Assembly: GCA_000091205.1 (NCBI GenBank)
Contig: AP006490.2
Length of the DNA stretch: 64,000 bases
Source of the DNA: Cyanidioschyzon merolae
Lineage: Eukaryota
Direction: 5' to 3' (one strand)
In this document: positions 34,311-45,626 of the stretch, one piece after another
How positions within the stretch are numbered: the stretch's first letter is position 1
Layout: each line of letters starts with the position of its first letter
Translations under genes and position numbers: made by a program
The notes under the pieces: model-generated
What the model saw: only the letters and a program-made list of their open reading frames with translations
What the model was told of the DNA's origin: nothing
Databases searched by the model: none

Positions 34311-34958
34311 ATGGACACAGCAATATCGCTCGCGGGAAAGGACTTTGTTCTAAGCGCAGCCGACGTGACAGCTGCACGCTCGATCGTGGTCATGAAGGAG
34401 GACCAGGACAAGATCCAAGAGCTGGATCGTTTTCGGCTTCTGAGCGCTGGCGGTGACCTCGGTGATGTGGCACAGTTCACCGAGTACATCCAGCGTAACG
34501 TGCACCTCTATGAGCTCCGAGCGGGAACGTCGCTGAGTACCCGCCAGATCGCCCATTTTATTCGTGGAGAGTTGGCGCGTGCCCTGCGCGAGCGTCCCTA
34601 CGAAATCAACCTGATCCTTGGAGGCTACGACCAGGGCGAAGGTACGTCACTATATTATATTGACTATTTAGGGAGCTTACACATGATGAAATACACAGCT
34701 CAAGGCTATGCAGCATATTTTGTGTTGAGCACGCTCGACAGACTCTATCGCCCGAACATGAACCTGGAGGAAGCGCTTGAGGTCTTACGTGCGTGCTTGG
34801 ATGAAATGGGTCGACGTTTTCTCTTAAAACAGCGCCACTTCATGGTCAAAATAGCGGATGAGCGTGGTGTACGCGTACTAGAAAATGCCTTCGTCGATGC
34901 ATCTGGAACGCCAACGTCGTCGGTGACAGGGGCGGCAGCGGCAGCCGCTACTTCTTGA
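34311..34958 (+). CDS. PSMB2: Proteasome subunit beta type-2 (beta4/PSMB2 family)
   Basis: From Met 34311, 'MDTAISLAGKDFVLSAADVTAARSIVVMKEDQDKI...DVAQFTEYIQRNVHLYELR...NLILGGYDQGEGTSLYYIDYLGSL' is colinear with PSMB2. The raw ORF starts 15 codons upstream. Confidence 0.9.
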   Translation: MDTAISLAGKDFVLSAADVTAARSIVVMKEDQDKIQELDRFRLLSAGGDLGDVAQFTEYIQRNVHLYELRAGTSLSTRQIAHFIRGELARALRERPYEINLILGGYDQGEGTSLYYIDYLGSLHMMKYTAQGYAAYFVLSTLDRLYRPNMNLEEALEVLRACLDEMGRRFLLKQRHFMVKIADERGVRVLENAFVDASGTPTSSVTGAAAAAATS

Positions 34959-35286
34959 ACGCTCGTGCAATATTTCTCCACATCCAGTCAGGGTGTACAG
35001 ACCAGCTGCATTGTGCTCGACGGGTGTACAAACAGACACGTGTACCTCGATAAATATTGCACAAATACCATTTTGAGCGATGAAAATATGCACTCACGAC
35101 AGCTGATTTGCTGGTGACGCATCATCTACCGGTGCCGAGTTCCATCGTGAACGCTGCCTGCACCTTTGCGCATATTCACAGATATTCTTTGATTTGGAAC
35201 CGTTTTCATGGACCTGGTACCAGTGCATAGTTGGAAGCTGACGACGCTCGCAGCGCCTCTTATACTTGGACAATGTGCAAACTTCC

Positions 35287-36993
35287 TCAATCCCAGAGCT
35301 TGATACTGCCGTCCGCGGAACAGGAAGCAAGCATCATCGAATGCGGATGGAATGCAACGCAGTAGACACGATCACTATGCGCATCGATCGTTTTCACTGC
35401 CTCTTGGGCGCTTGATTGCGAATCGTACAAAAAGATGCGACCGTTCGTACTCCCTGTTGCCGCAACGAGGCCAGAGGCTACGCTGCTGGCGTTCAAAACC
35501 CCGTCAAGCTGTTGACTCCGCTGCTGGGATGCAGGCGGTTGCCCGCTACCATCTATTGGAACATCACTGGCAGCGGCCAGTAACGTCCGCGACTCGTGAA
35601 CCACTGCGGTAGCGGCGCCGCTGACATCAGCGTCCGCTGCGTAGAGCGCAGGCATGCCGCTGGATGCTTTGGTGCTCGCAGGTGCCGCCAATGCTGCAGC
35701 GTCAACGATAGATGCACCCCGATCTGACGCGAAGCCGCGCTCATAGAGGCTGCACCGCAACGGCAATCGCCCAAGACGATGACCTCGATGCGTCTGGTAG
35801 AGCACGAGTTGCACGTCGTTGGTGTTGGTGTTCTCCTGGTGCGTACGCAGCGCTTTCACTTCGTACATTCGCAGGCAATCGTCGAAGGCATTCACTGCCA
35901 CGTATCTACCGGATGGTGATCGTTGGATATGCGCGACAGGGCTTGCCGCTTCATCGTTCAACTGACACGAGAGGGCCGTCTCCGGCCTTCGTAAATCAAA
36001 GGTATGCAAAAGCCCTTGCGAGTCCCCGATCATCAGAATATCATGCTCCAAGAACACCATCGAATTCACCATCCCTATGCCAGATGCAGAGGTCAGGACG
36101 CGGCTCATGGTTTGCTCGGGCCGGGCAGATACACCCGCAGCAGGCGAGCTCGGGCGCGAGCCGGTCACTTGGCTCATTTGTTGCACTCTTCGATCTAGTC
36201 GATAAACGAAACCGTTCGAAGTACCCGCATAGATACAATGGGCATCGTCAGGGTCGATGGCCAAACAGAGTACCAGGCCGCGAGGAAGGCTCCAGCTCTG
36301 GACGGCCTGTCGTCTGGCATCGCTCCCGTTCCCTTCGGTAGCGAATGCGGACCAGTCCCAGACACGAATACAATGATCAAAACCAGCTGAATACAGGTAG
36401 CGATTATCCTGCGTCCAGCAGAGGTCAACGACGTTCGCTGCATGCGCGTCTGCAACGGCCACAGCACAGCGCGGCGACTGGTCCACGCTCCAGACGCGTA
36501 CGGAGCGATCAAAGGAACCAGAGGCAAGGTACGACCCACAAGACGACCAGGATAGCGCATATACGGCTCCTTTGTGTCCGATAAGCTGGGAACGACAGCT
36601 CAGTGAACTTGAGCTTTGCCGTTCTCCACTCCGTCTCACTACGACCGGCAGCGATGCCGCTGGCGAAGCCGCTCTAGAGCCTGGTATAGACTCCGCTGCT
36701 CCGAGACCGGCCTCTGTTCGCTCGCTCAGCACTTGGAAGTCCGCGACAAACCGTGACGCTTCCGGCACATGAACGCCCTTCGAAGGATTGGGGCTAATAT
36801 CGTTGAGGGCAGAAGTTAGATCGAAAACCCCAGTCTCGCTAGCAGATCGTCGAAGGCTGAGTTCGAACACCGAGCGTCGCAGGTCTCGGTTCTCCTTCTC
36901 CAGTGCCTCTAGACGCTCCTGGAGAAGCTTTCGCTCTCTTGCGGCAATTTCCAACTGCTTTTTATAGAAAGCTTCTCCCTCGTGCTCCGTCAT
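35287..36993 (-). CDS. Coiled-coil plus 7-bladed WD40 repeat protein (ATG16- or striatin-like architecture; family uncertain)
   Basis: An N-terminal coiled coil ('KKQLEIAARERKLLQERLEALEKENRDLRR') is followed by WD40 repeats: 'LIGHKGAVYALSWSSCGSYLASGSFDRSVRVWSV', 'HSDRVYCVAFHPHSMMLASCSADGSIKLWD'. Confidence 0.8.
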   Translation of the reverse strand: MTEHEGEAFYKKQLEIAARERKLLQERLEALEKENRDLRRSVFELSLRRSASETGVFDLTSALNDISPNPSKGVHVPEASRFVADFQVLSERTEAGLGAAESIPGSRAASPAASLPVVVRRSGERQSSSSLSCRSQLIGHKGAVYALSWSSCGSYLASGSFDRSVRVWSVDQSPRCAVAVADAHAANVVDLCWTQDNRYLYSAGFDHCIRVWDWSAFATEGNGSDARRQAVQSWSLPRGLVLCLAIDPDDAHCIYAGTSNGFVYRLDRRVQQMSQVTGSRPSSPAAGVSARPEQTMSRVLTSASGIGMVNSMVFLEHDILMIGDSQGLLHTFDLRRPETALSCQLNDEAASPVAHIQRSPSGRYVAVNAFDDCLRMYEVKALRTHQENTNTNDVQLVLYQTHRGHRLGRLPLRCSLYERGFASDRGASIVDAAALAAPASTKASSGMPALYAADADVSGAATAVVHESRTLLAAASDVPIDGSGQPPASQQRSQQLDGVLNASSVASGLVAATGSTNGRIFLYDSQSSAQEAVKTIDAHSDRVYCVAFHPHSMMLASCSADGSIKLWD

Positions 36994-38224
36994 TCGTTCG
37001 AATGTGTCCTGTTGGAGCAGAGCGCCTCAGAATCAATGCCAGAAGCATGGAATCTTGCGGTTTGTGTTCGAACGCTTCGCATCTCCGCGAACGATGCGGT
37101 GCCCGAACTGGTGCGAGGGATTCTCGGATTCTGTGCTCCGTAGCCGCACTAGCGTCAGTCGATGCCTATCTACCCAAAAGTACATCTTCCAATGGGGAAT
37201 ACTGTAAGTCTGAACACGGGTGTACGGATAGAGAGAGGGACAGGCCGCGATGCATGCCCGCGACTTGCAGATGGATCGGAAGCGGCAGTGAAACTTTGCC
37301 GCTTCGAAGGACACGGTTGCGATACACTCCCACGCGCTGCTCTTTCGTGGACATCGAACTTGGACGCCTGTAGCATTGGACCCAAACTGGAAACCCTGCT
37401 TCATCGCGAACGTATCATGGACGCTATCTGGATATGTATCGTTGTGAGCGCTTCCGGATTCGGGGACCCTGCAGTGTTTCATGGATTGCGCTCTGCTTTG
37501 GTTGATGGATCAGAGACGCTGGCCCCCGTGGTGGTACTCCCGTGTGTTTCCGTGATTTTTCGATGATATTGGATCGTTAAAGCTAATCAGAGATACTCAG
37601 GTCGGCGCTTGTTCTCGGCATTCAGGGAAGCGGTCTTCATTTTGCCCGAAACCTTGCAAGTTCCATGACCCAGCTGCGAGACTTCCCACTCGAGTATCGT
37701 GATTCGTAGAGTGTGCGCTGTAATGCCAATAGCGCTGCGGCATCGCCCTGGCTGCAGTGTTGCCTCCTTTTGCGTGTCAGGCTGTGCGCTAGCGCAGCAC
37801 GGCTGAGCGCGTGTACCGTCTGCCACCTCGAGACCGAAGCAGAGCGGCTGCCAACTCGCCGTGGCAGACGACCGTATTTCAGCCACTGTGGTTGATACCG
37901 CTGCACTCGATTCTTTTCGCATCTGCAGGGATAGAGAGCAGCATTGTGATGTCTCATGCTTGCGAAAACACGTAAAGCTTCACATTTATCAGCATCGGCA
38001 TTTCGAGTCCAAATGCTGCTGTCGCCGCAAAGGCAGCTACATGGCTGCTTGCATGAACCCATGAGCGATGTGCTATGCTTGAAATACCGGATGAGATGCG
38101 CTCCTCTTTCACGGTTGGAGCATGAAATGGTGCACCTGATGCATAAGACGCTGCGACGATGTGGATGGGGAAAGACAGGACGCGCGATGCTCCCACCACG
38201 GCCATGATTCGCAGCGGAACGGCC

Positions 38225-38825
38225 TCTCGATCCTAAAGATATCGAACATCGTGCATGAAACAGAAAATGTACCACGATCATGTAGGGTAAATTAATATCC
38301 ATCTGCAGTCGCTTGCCGGCCTTTTTTGACAAGCGCCCTGCAATCGGCTTCGGTTCCTCCTTGTGCATTTCGACCCGGAGAGTCTGTGCCGCACATTTAG
38401 GTAGCGTGAGCTCCTCGGGTTTCGTCTTCAGCACAGCACGTATCCCGGTTCAGATGTCGGCGTTAAATTCTCAGTTCACAAGCTCCATGCGTCTGTTGCC
38501 TCTGGTTGAACTCGTCTATGCAAGGATTCCTCTCAATGGTGCCCTCTGCGGCACCACAGTCTCGTTATCGTGCCGTCGGGCACGCCCCTCTTCTCGCACA
38601 GCGCTCCGCTTCGTCTTCTTCTTCGTGTTCGTCACCGGTTCTTCTTCGCTCGATGACAGGCGAGAAGATTTTTTTATGTTTTTCACGTCGAACTCGGCGA
38701 CGACGGCCCTCGAGGATGCTCGACTTCCATGCTCATAACCCCTGGATATTTTATTTCTTCAAATGAGCGCACCATATTATCCCGATAGATGAGGAAATTC
38801 CTGGAGGGAGAAGCATTTGCGGCGG
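38225..38825 (-). repeat. Dispersed element family 1, copy C (reverse orientation)
   Basis: The reverse complement aligns block by block with copies A and B, for example 'catggaagtcgag', 'gaaaaacataaaaaaatcttctcg', 'gaagaagaagacgaagcgg...gcccgacggcacg' and 'gtagcgtgagctcctcgggtttcgtcttcagcacagcac'. Confidence 0.75.
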
Positions 38826-39665
38826 AAAGAGGAACTGCGTCCCATTGTATCATCATGCTGAACACTTCACTGGTTTGCCCAGCAGTGCGATCGTTACGTT
38901 TTACGATTCAAAATACTCCTTAAACGGGGTTGAACCACAGACAGTACGAAGGAATGCAACCAGCTCTACCCAGATAGAATCAGGAAAACCTCTTGCGCAA
39001 AGGGAATGGTGAGATGCCACAGTGTCCAATAGAAGGACGTTGCCAGATCGGAAAGCGAACAGTCTTCATTGATTCGACGAAGTGGGTGCTGTTGTATGTG
39101 CCTTCTGAAGTTGCGAAACTGATGCCGCAAAATGAATCTGCTGTAGCTCGAACAGATGATGATTTCCTCGTTCTCTTCGAGTTCAATTGTATAAACAGAC
39201 GGGCTCCCTGCTCCGCGAATACTCATATACGATTCGACCGTTTTACCCGAAACAAGTCTCATGAACCAGAATAACAAACCGATCGCGACGGTCTATGATT
39301 GCTGTCTTTGCGATTTCGGTGGAAGATGGCCGTGAATGCATGAGCTCTTTTTTTTGCGACTGTATCCCAGTGTTTTCAGGATCACACGAACAAGCTATTG
39401 AGAATCGGAGGTGCCCGTGGTGGCAATTATCTTCGCTTTTGCTTTCCGTAAGGTGATGAACGGGTTGTTTTCTGCTATGGGCGGCAAGCACCCTTGAAAA
39501 CATCGCTTCTTGACCCGAAGCGCGTATATCTGTTTCCTTCTTTCCGTGTTCCTCAACCATCTGAGTATTGTGGCACAACTGACCTCAAGAATGAATACAC
39601 TACTTGCACTTTTCAGTAAAGAATAGATATCCCACAGGGAATTCTCCCACGACCGATACAATACA

Positions 39666-41336
39666 TTGCATCGTAACGTCGATCTGCGGCTGCACAGCGT
39701 TCGCGGGACCGGACCATCCCTGAGAGCCTCTTTCGCTGAGCGCTCGCTCGTTTCCAGCGAGTTCGTTGCAAGCGGCGATCGTTCATACCTTTATACTCGT
39801 GGGCGCTGCATCATGTTCGTAGCAGTGAGCCAGCTGTTTCCTGCTCGTCACCAGGGTGCTCCGCGCACCCTCCGCGGGGCCAACGGACGCAGCACCGACA
39901 CGTACCGTCGCACCGTAGGGCCGGCAGTGCCGAAGGATGCAGAGGGTGCGTACGAGTCGGCTTCTGGCCGGGTCTGTTGGCAACGATATAGCGCTTTAAG
40001 GGCGGCAGCTGACTCAGAGTCGTCTCCGAAGGACGCCTCCCAACGAGTACACTCTTCGCTTTCGAGTACCGGCAAGGGCGAGCACTCGAAGCATATGCGC
40101 CTGGAAACCAAAGTCGTGCATGCTGGAAGCCACCCTGAGGAGTACACAACCGATCCATACGGTCGGACTGTAGTGAATCCACCTGTGTACCACGCTTCTA
40201 CTGTGCTGTTTCCAAACGTAGCTGCTAAAGACTTTGCTAGCAAAGACTGGCCGTTTCGTGGTTTCTCCTACGGACGGCATGGGACGCCCACGCACTGGGC
40301 CCTGGAGGAGGCTTTTGCAGCACTCGAGGGTGGCGACAATGCCTGCTGTGTTAGCAGTGGGGTTGCAGCATGTAATGCAGCGCTCTTGGCGTTCCTGCGC
40401 TCCGGCGATCACATTCTGGTTGCGGACACCGTGTACGAACCGACGCGCCTGTTCTGCAACAGTTTTTTAGCACGATTCGGGGTGGAAACGACATACTACG
40501 ATCCCGCTGCTCCAGTTGAATCTTTGGAGCCACTTTTCAAACCAAAAGGTCGCACAAAGGTGGTTTTCGTGGAGTCACCCGGCTCGCTCTCGTTCGAGGT
40601 GCAGGATGTGCGGGCGGTGAGCGCACTCGCGCACGCTCATGGAGCGGTGGTCGTTATGGATAATACGTACGGACCAACGCTGTTCCAGCCTTTCGCGGCA
40701 GGTGTCGATGTAAGCTACAACGCAGCAACCAAGTACATCGGTGGTCATTCTGATTTAATGATGGGCCTGATCGCATGCTCCCGTGAAACGTACCGCAAAG
40801 TGAAACGATCGGTGATGGAGCTCGGATGCCCCCCAGGCCCTGATGACTGTTATCTGGCACTTCGTGGCCTGCGGACGCTCACAGTTCGTCTGAAACAGCA
40901 CGAACAGAACGGCCTTGTTGTTGCACGATGGCTGGAGACACGCCCTGAGGTTGCGCGTGTGATACATCCGCTGTTACCGAGCCATCCGCAGCACGACCTC
41001 TTCAAGCGTGATTTCCGGGGTGCGAACGGTTTATTTACCATACAGCTGCGTGACGTTTATTCGCAAAAGGCAGTGAACGCCTTTGTTGACTCACTGAAGC
41101 TCTTTGGTCTGGGCTTCAGCTGGGGCGGCTACGAGTCCCTGATCCTTCCGATCGACATCAACGCTGTCCGAACAGTGACGAAGTTTAAGTATGGTGATGG
41201 CTATGGGCCGACGCTGCGATTGCATGTCGGACTGGAGGATCCTCAAGATCTTTGCGCGGATCTCGCCCAAGGTTTTGCGGTGTTGGATGCGGTGGCCGGA
41301 CTCGCAGGTGAGGTTGCTCGTACGCCACCGCGCTGA
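39666..41336 (+). CDS. metC: Cystathionine beta-lyase (MetC; Cys/Met-metabolism PLP-dependent family) with a roughly 140-aa N-terminal extension
   Basis: It is colinear with bacterial and plant MetC from 'TKVVHAGSHPEEY' through 'FSYGRHGTPTHWALEEAFAALEGG', 'VFVESPGSLSFEVQDV' and the PLP-lysine region 'SYNAATKYIGGHSDLMMG' to 'VARVIHPLLPSHPQHDLFKRDFRGANGLF'. The extension before Met 39813 and Met 39945 is probably an organellar targeting sequence. Confidence 0.88.
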   Translation: MHRNVDLRLHSVRGTGPSLRASFAERSLVSSEFVASGDRSYLYTRGRCIMFVAVSQLFPARHQGAPRTLRGANGRSTDTYRRTVGPAVPKDAEGAYESASGRVCWQRYSALRAAADSESSPKDASQRVHSSLSSTGKGEHSKHMRLETKVVHAGSHPEEYTTDPYGRTVVNPPVYHASTVLFPNVAAKDFASKDWPFRGFSYGRHGTPTHWALEEAFAALEGGDNACCVSSGVAACNAALLAFLRSGDHILVADTVYEPTRLFCNSFLARFGVETTYYDPAAPVESLEPLFKPKGRTKVVFVESPGSLSFEVQDVRAVSALAHAHGAVVVMDNTYGPTLFQPFAAGVDVSYNAATKYIGGHSDLMMGLIACSRETYRKVKRSVMELGCPPGPDDCYLALRGLRTLTVRLKQHEQNGLVVARWLETRPEVARVIHPLLPSHPQHDLFKRDFRGANGLFTIQLRDVYSQKAVNAFVDSLKLFGLGFSWGGYESLILPIDINAVRTVTKFKYGDGYGPTLRLHVGLEDPQDLCADLAQGFAVLDAVAGLAGEVARTPPR

Positions 41337-41919
41337 TGCCGATTTACCTTCCTCGCGTGTCCGGGAGCGTGAACAGGCACCGCTGCTGTTGAGCAACAGG
41401 TATCCGCTACCAAGTCGCAATACAGAGAGTCGTGATGAACGCCTCTTGGCGGCGCTCGTCGATAACCTGCCCACAGGGTGTGTGCGCGTCCGTTCGCAGC
41501 ACCGCTGCGAGATCGATGGCGCTGCACTTGCCGGCACTGGCGCACGTACCTACGATCCACGTTGCATACGATCCCGCATATCGGAACCTTAAAGCATGCT
41601 TTACGACATGAAGAAAAATTTTGCGCACAGCAAGACACTGTCCAGAACCTGCTGACCGCGAGCGTATCACGAACGAAACAGCATTCGCAACGACGTACTC
41701 ACCGCCTTAGACGATGTCACACGAAGCCAACTGTCTCCCGTAAGCGCATCATCACACCCAGTTCTACGTCAAAGTATCGCCGTTCTCGGCTGTCCGACTG
41801 ATCAGGGAAAACCTGCGTAGATGACGAGGCACACGGCGCATACTGTGCGGCAGGACGTGTCGCAGATAGCACCCCGTACATACCGAAACCCACCACATGG
41901 ATTGAAACGCTTTGACCAC

Positions 41920-42273
41920 TCACGGCCGTTCTTCTTTCTTTGGATGCGAGGTCCTCTGTTGTATTTCAATGACAGAGCTCGTGCGTATGCGACGGTGGCC
42001 ACCCGGAGTCCGAAAATGTTCCAGTTTGCCAGCGTCGCACCACCTCCGTATTGTTTTCGGACACACGGCGAATATTTCAGCCGCGCGCGCAACTGTTATA
42101 GAACCAGACTCTTTCAAATCATCTCCAAGCATAAGACCTGGAGAGGCACGGTTTTGGTCGTGAACGTGCCGCTCCATGCCAAGATGCCCGTCATTTTCGA
42201 CGGGTCCGCCGATGTAGAGTTCCGTCTCCTCCCCGTCCATTTTCAAGCCAGACCTATTCACGAAACAAGCCAC
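41920..42273 (-). CDS. Small ORF (117 aa) with a bacterial/phage-type excisionase/MerR-like helix-turn-helix (HTH_17-like) at its C-terminus
   Basis: The segment 'SITVARAAEIFAVCPKTIRRWCDAGKLEHFRTPGGHRRIRTSSVIEI' fits the Xis/MerR HTH_17 pattern (LT.xEAAEllGVS..TvyRw...G.L.a.k.GG.wRi). The ORF lies alone in the 2.5-kb intergenic region between MetC and the membrane protein gene. Confidence 0.35.
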   Translation of the reverse strand: MACFVNRSGLKMDGEETELYIGGPVENDGHLGMERHVHDQNRASPGLMLGDDLKESGSITVARAAEIFAVCPKTIRRWCDAGKLEHFRTPGGHRRIRTSSVIEIQQRTSHPKKEERP

Positions 42274-43883
42274 TGAACTCCTGAAAGTTCTACTCGTAAT
42301 TGTATAGGGTTGCGGAGGCTACCCTGGCGAAAAAGACAAAAGTTGGTGCTCCCGACGTGGCTATATGGGTTGCCCGCGAGCGCTTTAAAACGTTGTTGGA
42401 GAACGACAAGCGCGAATAGAAGCTGGTTTAGCTAGGACAAAGTTGTACAGATGAGTACAATTCACTGCGAAACCGCTCTCGCGATCCATTTCGAATTGCG
42501 CACCTGCTGGTAATTTATGTCCAGAAAAGTTCGATTCGGAGGATGGAAGCGCGCGATTCAAGGCGCGTGTCACGCGTACGCAATTGATTCGTGACACACC
42601 GCGTGGCACGCCTGCCGATCGGCGCTGCAACGCTTGCGCCTCTGTCCGAGCGACGCGTCGAGCGTGGCACCGCATGTGTCCATCGTACGGAATCAGGAGT
42701 CAACCTGGACCCGACTGGCCCGATGCGGTATCGATGAGCGCCAAAACACACGGAGGACATTTGGGTCTCCTGGAGCGATAGGGTGCAGGTCGTATGAGCT
42801 ATGGGGATCGGCCATTTGGTCCTGGCGTGGCATCGATGGGTCAAAGCGGGTGCCGTCGGATACGCCAACGCTTCCTGTGAAATCGAGGATGCAGCCTCAG
42901 CCTGTTCGAGGACACTAACGTGTGCCGGCACGCTCGGTCAAGAATTGCTTCACGGAATAGAGACGCGATCGATCACGCAAGATTTCGGATTTCTCCATAG
43001 AGTCAAGATCATGTGTCAAACTGGGGTTCGGCCGGTTGCGAATGTCGCTACGACCAGCTCTGGAAGCGTTCAGTGTTCCTGTTTGAATTTGACGACGTTC
43101 CACAGAATCCAGATGTGTTGTTCGCTTGGGCGTTCTCGTTTCATCCAATGAAATACGCATTGCCGAGCCTGCCGCGTTTGTCTGCTGGGACGCTGGGTGC
43201 GCCCCGCCGTCACATTCGCCCTACTGGAATGGAACGGTGTTGCCGTACCATGACGGAAGCTGGCCCCAGAAGAGCCGCTTTTCAGCGTCAACCCAGTGCG
43301 TCGATTATCCGGTGTCGTCTGCGCCATAAGAAGCCAGAAATCCCGCTTCGTCCAGCAAGCGTCCGGATGGCGGCGCTTCTGTTGCTGCACAGACACAGCA
43401 CGTTCGCAAGTCCGCTCGGAACATCTTCTGGTACCGTGGATGCACGTCGATAACGTCATCAGGCGCGTACGCCAGGACACCTCCATACGCTGGTGCCGCG
43501 GACACGGCGACGATCCTGGTACGGCCTAGCAGTTAGCGCCGGACCAAGAGCTGCCTTCACGTCGTCACAGGCGTTGTTCAGGCGTATCGCGCTGGGCCGG
43601 GAACGCATGGAACTCACCCCATGGATTTCCCGTGCGATTCATGGAGCGGACGCTGCTCGGGCACCGGCATCGATGCGGGAATTTGCGAGAAAGAGAGACT
43701 GTCCAATACTGCCTATTGCTGGATATAATGGTCAGACACGGGCGCTGTGCTGCCGTCGCGGTACGTGAGGTCATCATGCGAAGATAGCAAACAGCGCCAA
43801 GTACTGCGGGCCTGCCCGGTCAATCTCCTGCCGTGTAAACCTGTCGTAACGGGAAACTGTGCTCATGCGCCAAGCAGGTTCGT

Positions 43884-45626
43884 ATGGAGCGCCTTCGAAA
43901 CCAAGTGGATACGTCCCTGACACGAACTGTTGCCCGATCCGTGGTTGTGGGCAATATTCTCACTGTGCTTCTGCTGGGTGTGCTGTACGCCAACTATCGC
44001 ATCTTCGAGGCCTACATTTCAAGTTTTCTTTTGGCGCTGCTTGCTGCGGAGGCGCTAGCTGAGAGCCGCGATCGACTCGTTCGCTGGCTCTCGACCTCTG
44101 AATCAGAAGCTGAAGGAAACGATGTGCAAAGGCCGCGGCGTTTGTGGCACTTCCTCCTCAACCAACTTGGCAAGTTGCAGCAGGCCGTTCGCGGAAAGCA
44201 CTGGTTTGTCTGGTTGCTCAGCGGCACGGCGTTGTTGTTGCTCACGGTACGTGTCCAGCACGGAGGTTTTCTGGTGTTCATCTGCCTTGCGGTGCTGGGA
44301 GGCTCCGCGCTGTGCACTTTGGCTGCTGCACGGTTTCTAGTTCGGCTCCGTTGGATACATGCACGGACTGCTGCAGCAACGTTACTGCTCGCCGCAGTGG
44401 TATCTCTCGTGTGCATTTTCGTGCTCATTTTCGTGACAGGTGTCGTCCAGGATCTCGTTGGCGCTGCTAGAGCGTTGGCGCGACTCGCCCAGGACGCAGC
44501 TACCTGGAATCGCATCGATCCGCAGGGTATCTTGGCGAAAGGCCTCGAGCAGCTCCAGACATTCCTTGCCGCCCATGTGGAGGTGGCGGAGCGCTTCGCT
44601 TTGCGCTTTCGTGATGTACTCAAGGATCTGGGATTCGATATGGAGAATACGGAGCGCTGGTGGGTCAAAAGCAGTGACCCGTCCTGGTGGCGGGACTTTC
44701 TCACGGGGGACTTGCACGCAAACGCAATGCTGCGGGAAACGACATCTCTGAGGGTGCCCAGCTGGCAGCAAGCACGCACTGTGGCCAAAAGGCTCTGGGA
44801 AGGTGCTCGGAAGAACGTCACACCTGGATCAATCGCACGACTTGGCAAGCATATTCGTTTGCACGCAAGTTCGGAACAGATTTACACTGGAGCCCGTCTC
44901 GTCATGATCCCGGTCATGCGACTAGCGCAGGCCTTTGGAATTTTGCTGACGTACAGCGACGGCACTGCAGCTTTTCTTGCTATGTTTTTCTTCCTGCTCC
45001 GACAACCCGGTTCAGTTGTACATGCACTGGTCCAATGGATCCCGTTCCAGAACACAGAGCGCAACCGGAAATTGGAGCAAACGCTGCGTACGGACCTGCA
45101 TCGCTTCGTGTGGAGTGCGCTGAGTCAACTGTATCTGCAATCGCTTTTTGCATGGTGCGTCTTCGTGACGTTCGGGTTGGAGCTAGAATTCCTGGTAGCG
45201 CTCTGCGTTGGTGTATCCGTGCTCATACCCGTACTGCCCGGGCCGCTTCTCTGGACGACACTGCTTGGCTTGCCCCAGGTGATGATGCGCACGTCTCTGG
45301 GTAGACTTTGGCGTTCGCATGCCGCCTTAGCCTTTGTCTGCATCAATCTGGTTGGGCAGAAAGTCTTGGTGCGTTTCTCGCGAAATGCTGACGACGAAGA
45401 CGCAGAGCAGGTGCAGCAACGTGCGGACGGTACCCTGACGCCCACGAACGGCCTGCTCACATTATCCGCTCTGTTGGGATGGCGGATCCTAGGTGGACTG
45501 CGCGGTGCACTGATCGCAAGTTGCTGCATCTTCCTGACATCGCTGCTCGTGCAATGTCTTGTAGATGATTCCTCCACCAGGGGATCTGAAAATAAGATAC
45601 CTCACCAAAGCGGAGGTGCGGCGTAG
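43884..45626 (+). CDS. Polytopic membrane protein, probably an AI-2E family transporter homologue (PF01594 / TMEM245-like)
   Basis: There are about 8 predicted TM helices. The C-terminal half reads 'LSQLYLQSLFAWCVFVTFGLELEFLVALCVGVSVLIPVLPGPLLW', resembling the AI-2E conserved region ending in the 'IP..G' motif. Confidence 0.4.
   Translation: MERLRNQVDTSLTRTVARSVVVGNILTVLLLGVLYANYRIFEAYISSFLLALLAAEALAESRDRLVRWLSTSESEAEGNDVQRPRRLWHFLLNQLGKLQQAVRGKHWFVWLLSGTALLLLTVRVQHGGFLVFICLAVLGGSALCTLAAARFLVRLRWIHARTAAATLLLAAVVSLVCIFVLIFVTGVVQDLVGAARALARLAQDAATWNRIDPQGILAKGLEQLQTFLAAHVEVAERFALRFRDVLKDLGFDMENTERWWVKSSDPSWWRDFLTGDLHANAMLRETTSLRVPSWQQARTVAKRLWEGARKNVTPGSIARLGKHIRLHASSEQIYTGARLVMIPVMRLAQAFGILLTYSDGTAAFLAMFFFLLRQPGSVVHALVQWIPFQNTERNRKLEQTLRTDLHRFVWSALSQLYLQSLFAWCVFVTFGLELEFLVALCVGVSVLIPVLPGPLLWTTLLGLPQVMMRTSLGRLWRSHAALAFVCINLVGQKVLVRFSRNADDEDAEQVQQRADGTLTPTNGLLTLSALLGWRILGGLRGALIASCCIFLTSLLVQCLVDDSSTRGSENKIPHQSGGAA

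Noticed and set aside
37637-38434. 265-aa minus-strand ORF spanning family-1 copy C; related small ORFs occur in copy B (15545..15727) and copy A (2643..2882)
   Set aside because: The similarity between these ORFs comes from the shared repeat nucleotide sequence. The reading frames are not conserved between copies (indels break them), so there is no support for an element-encoded protein.
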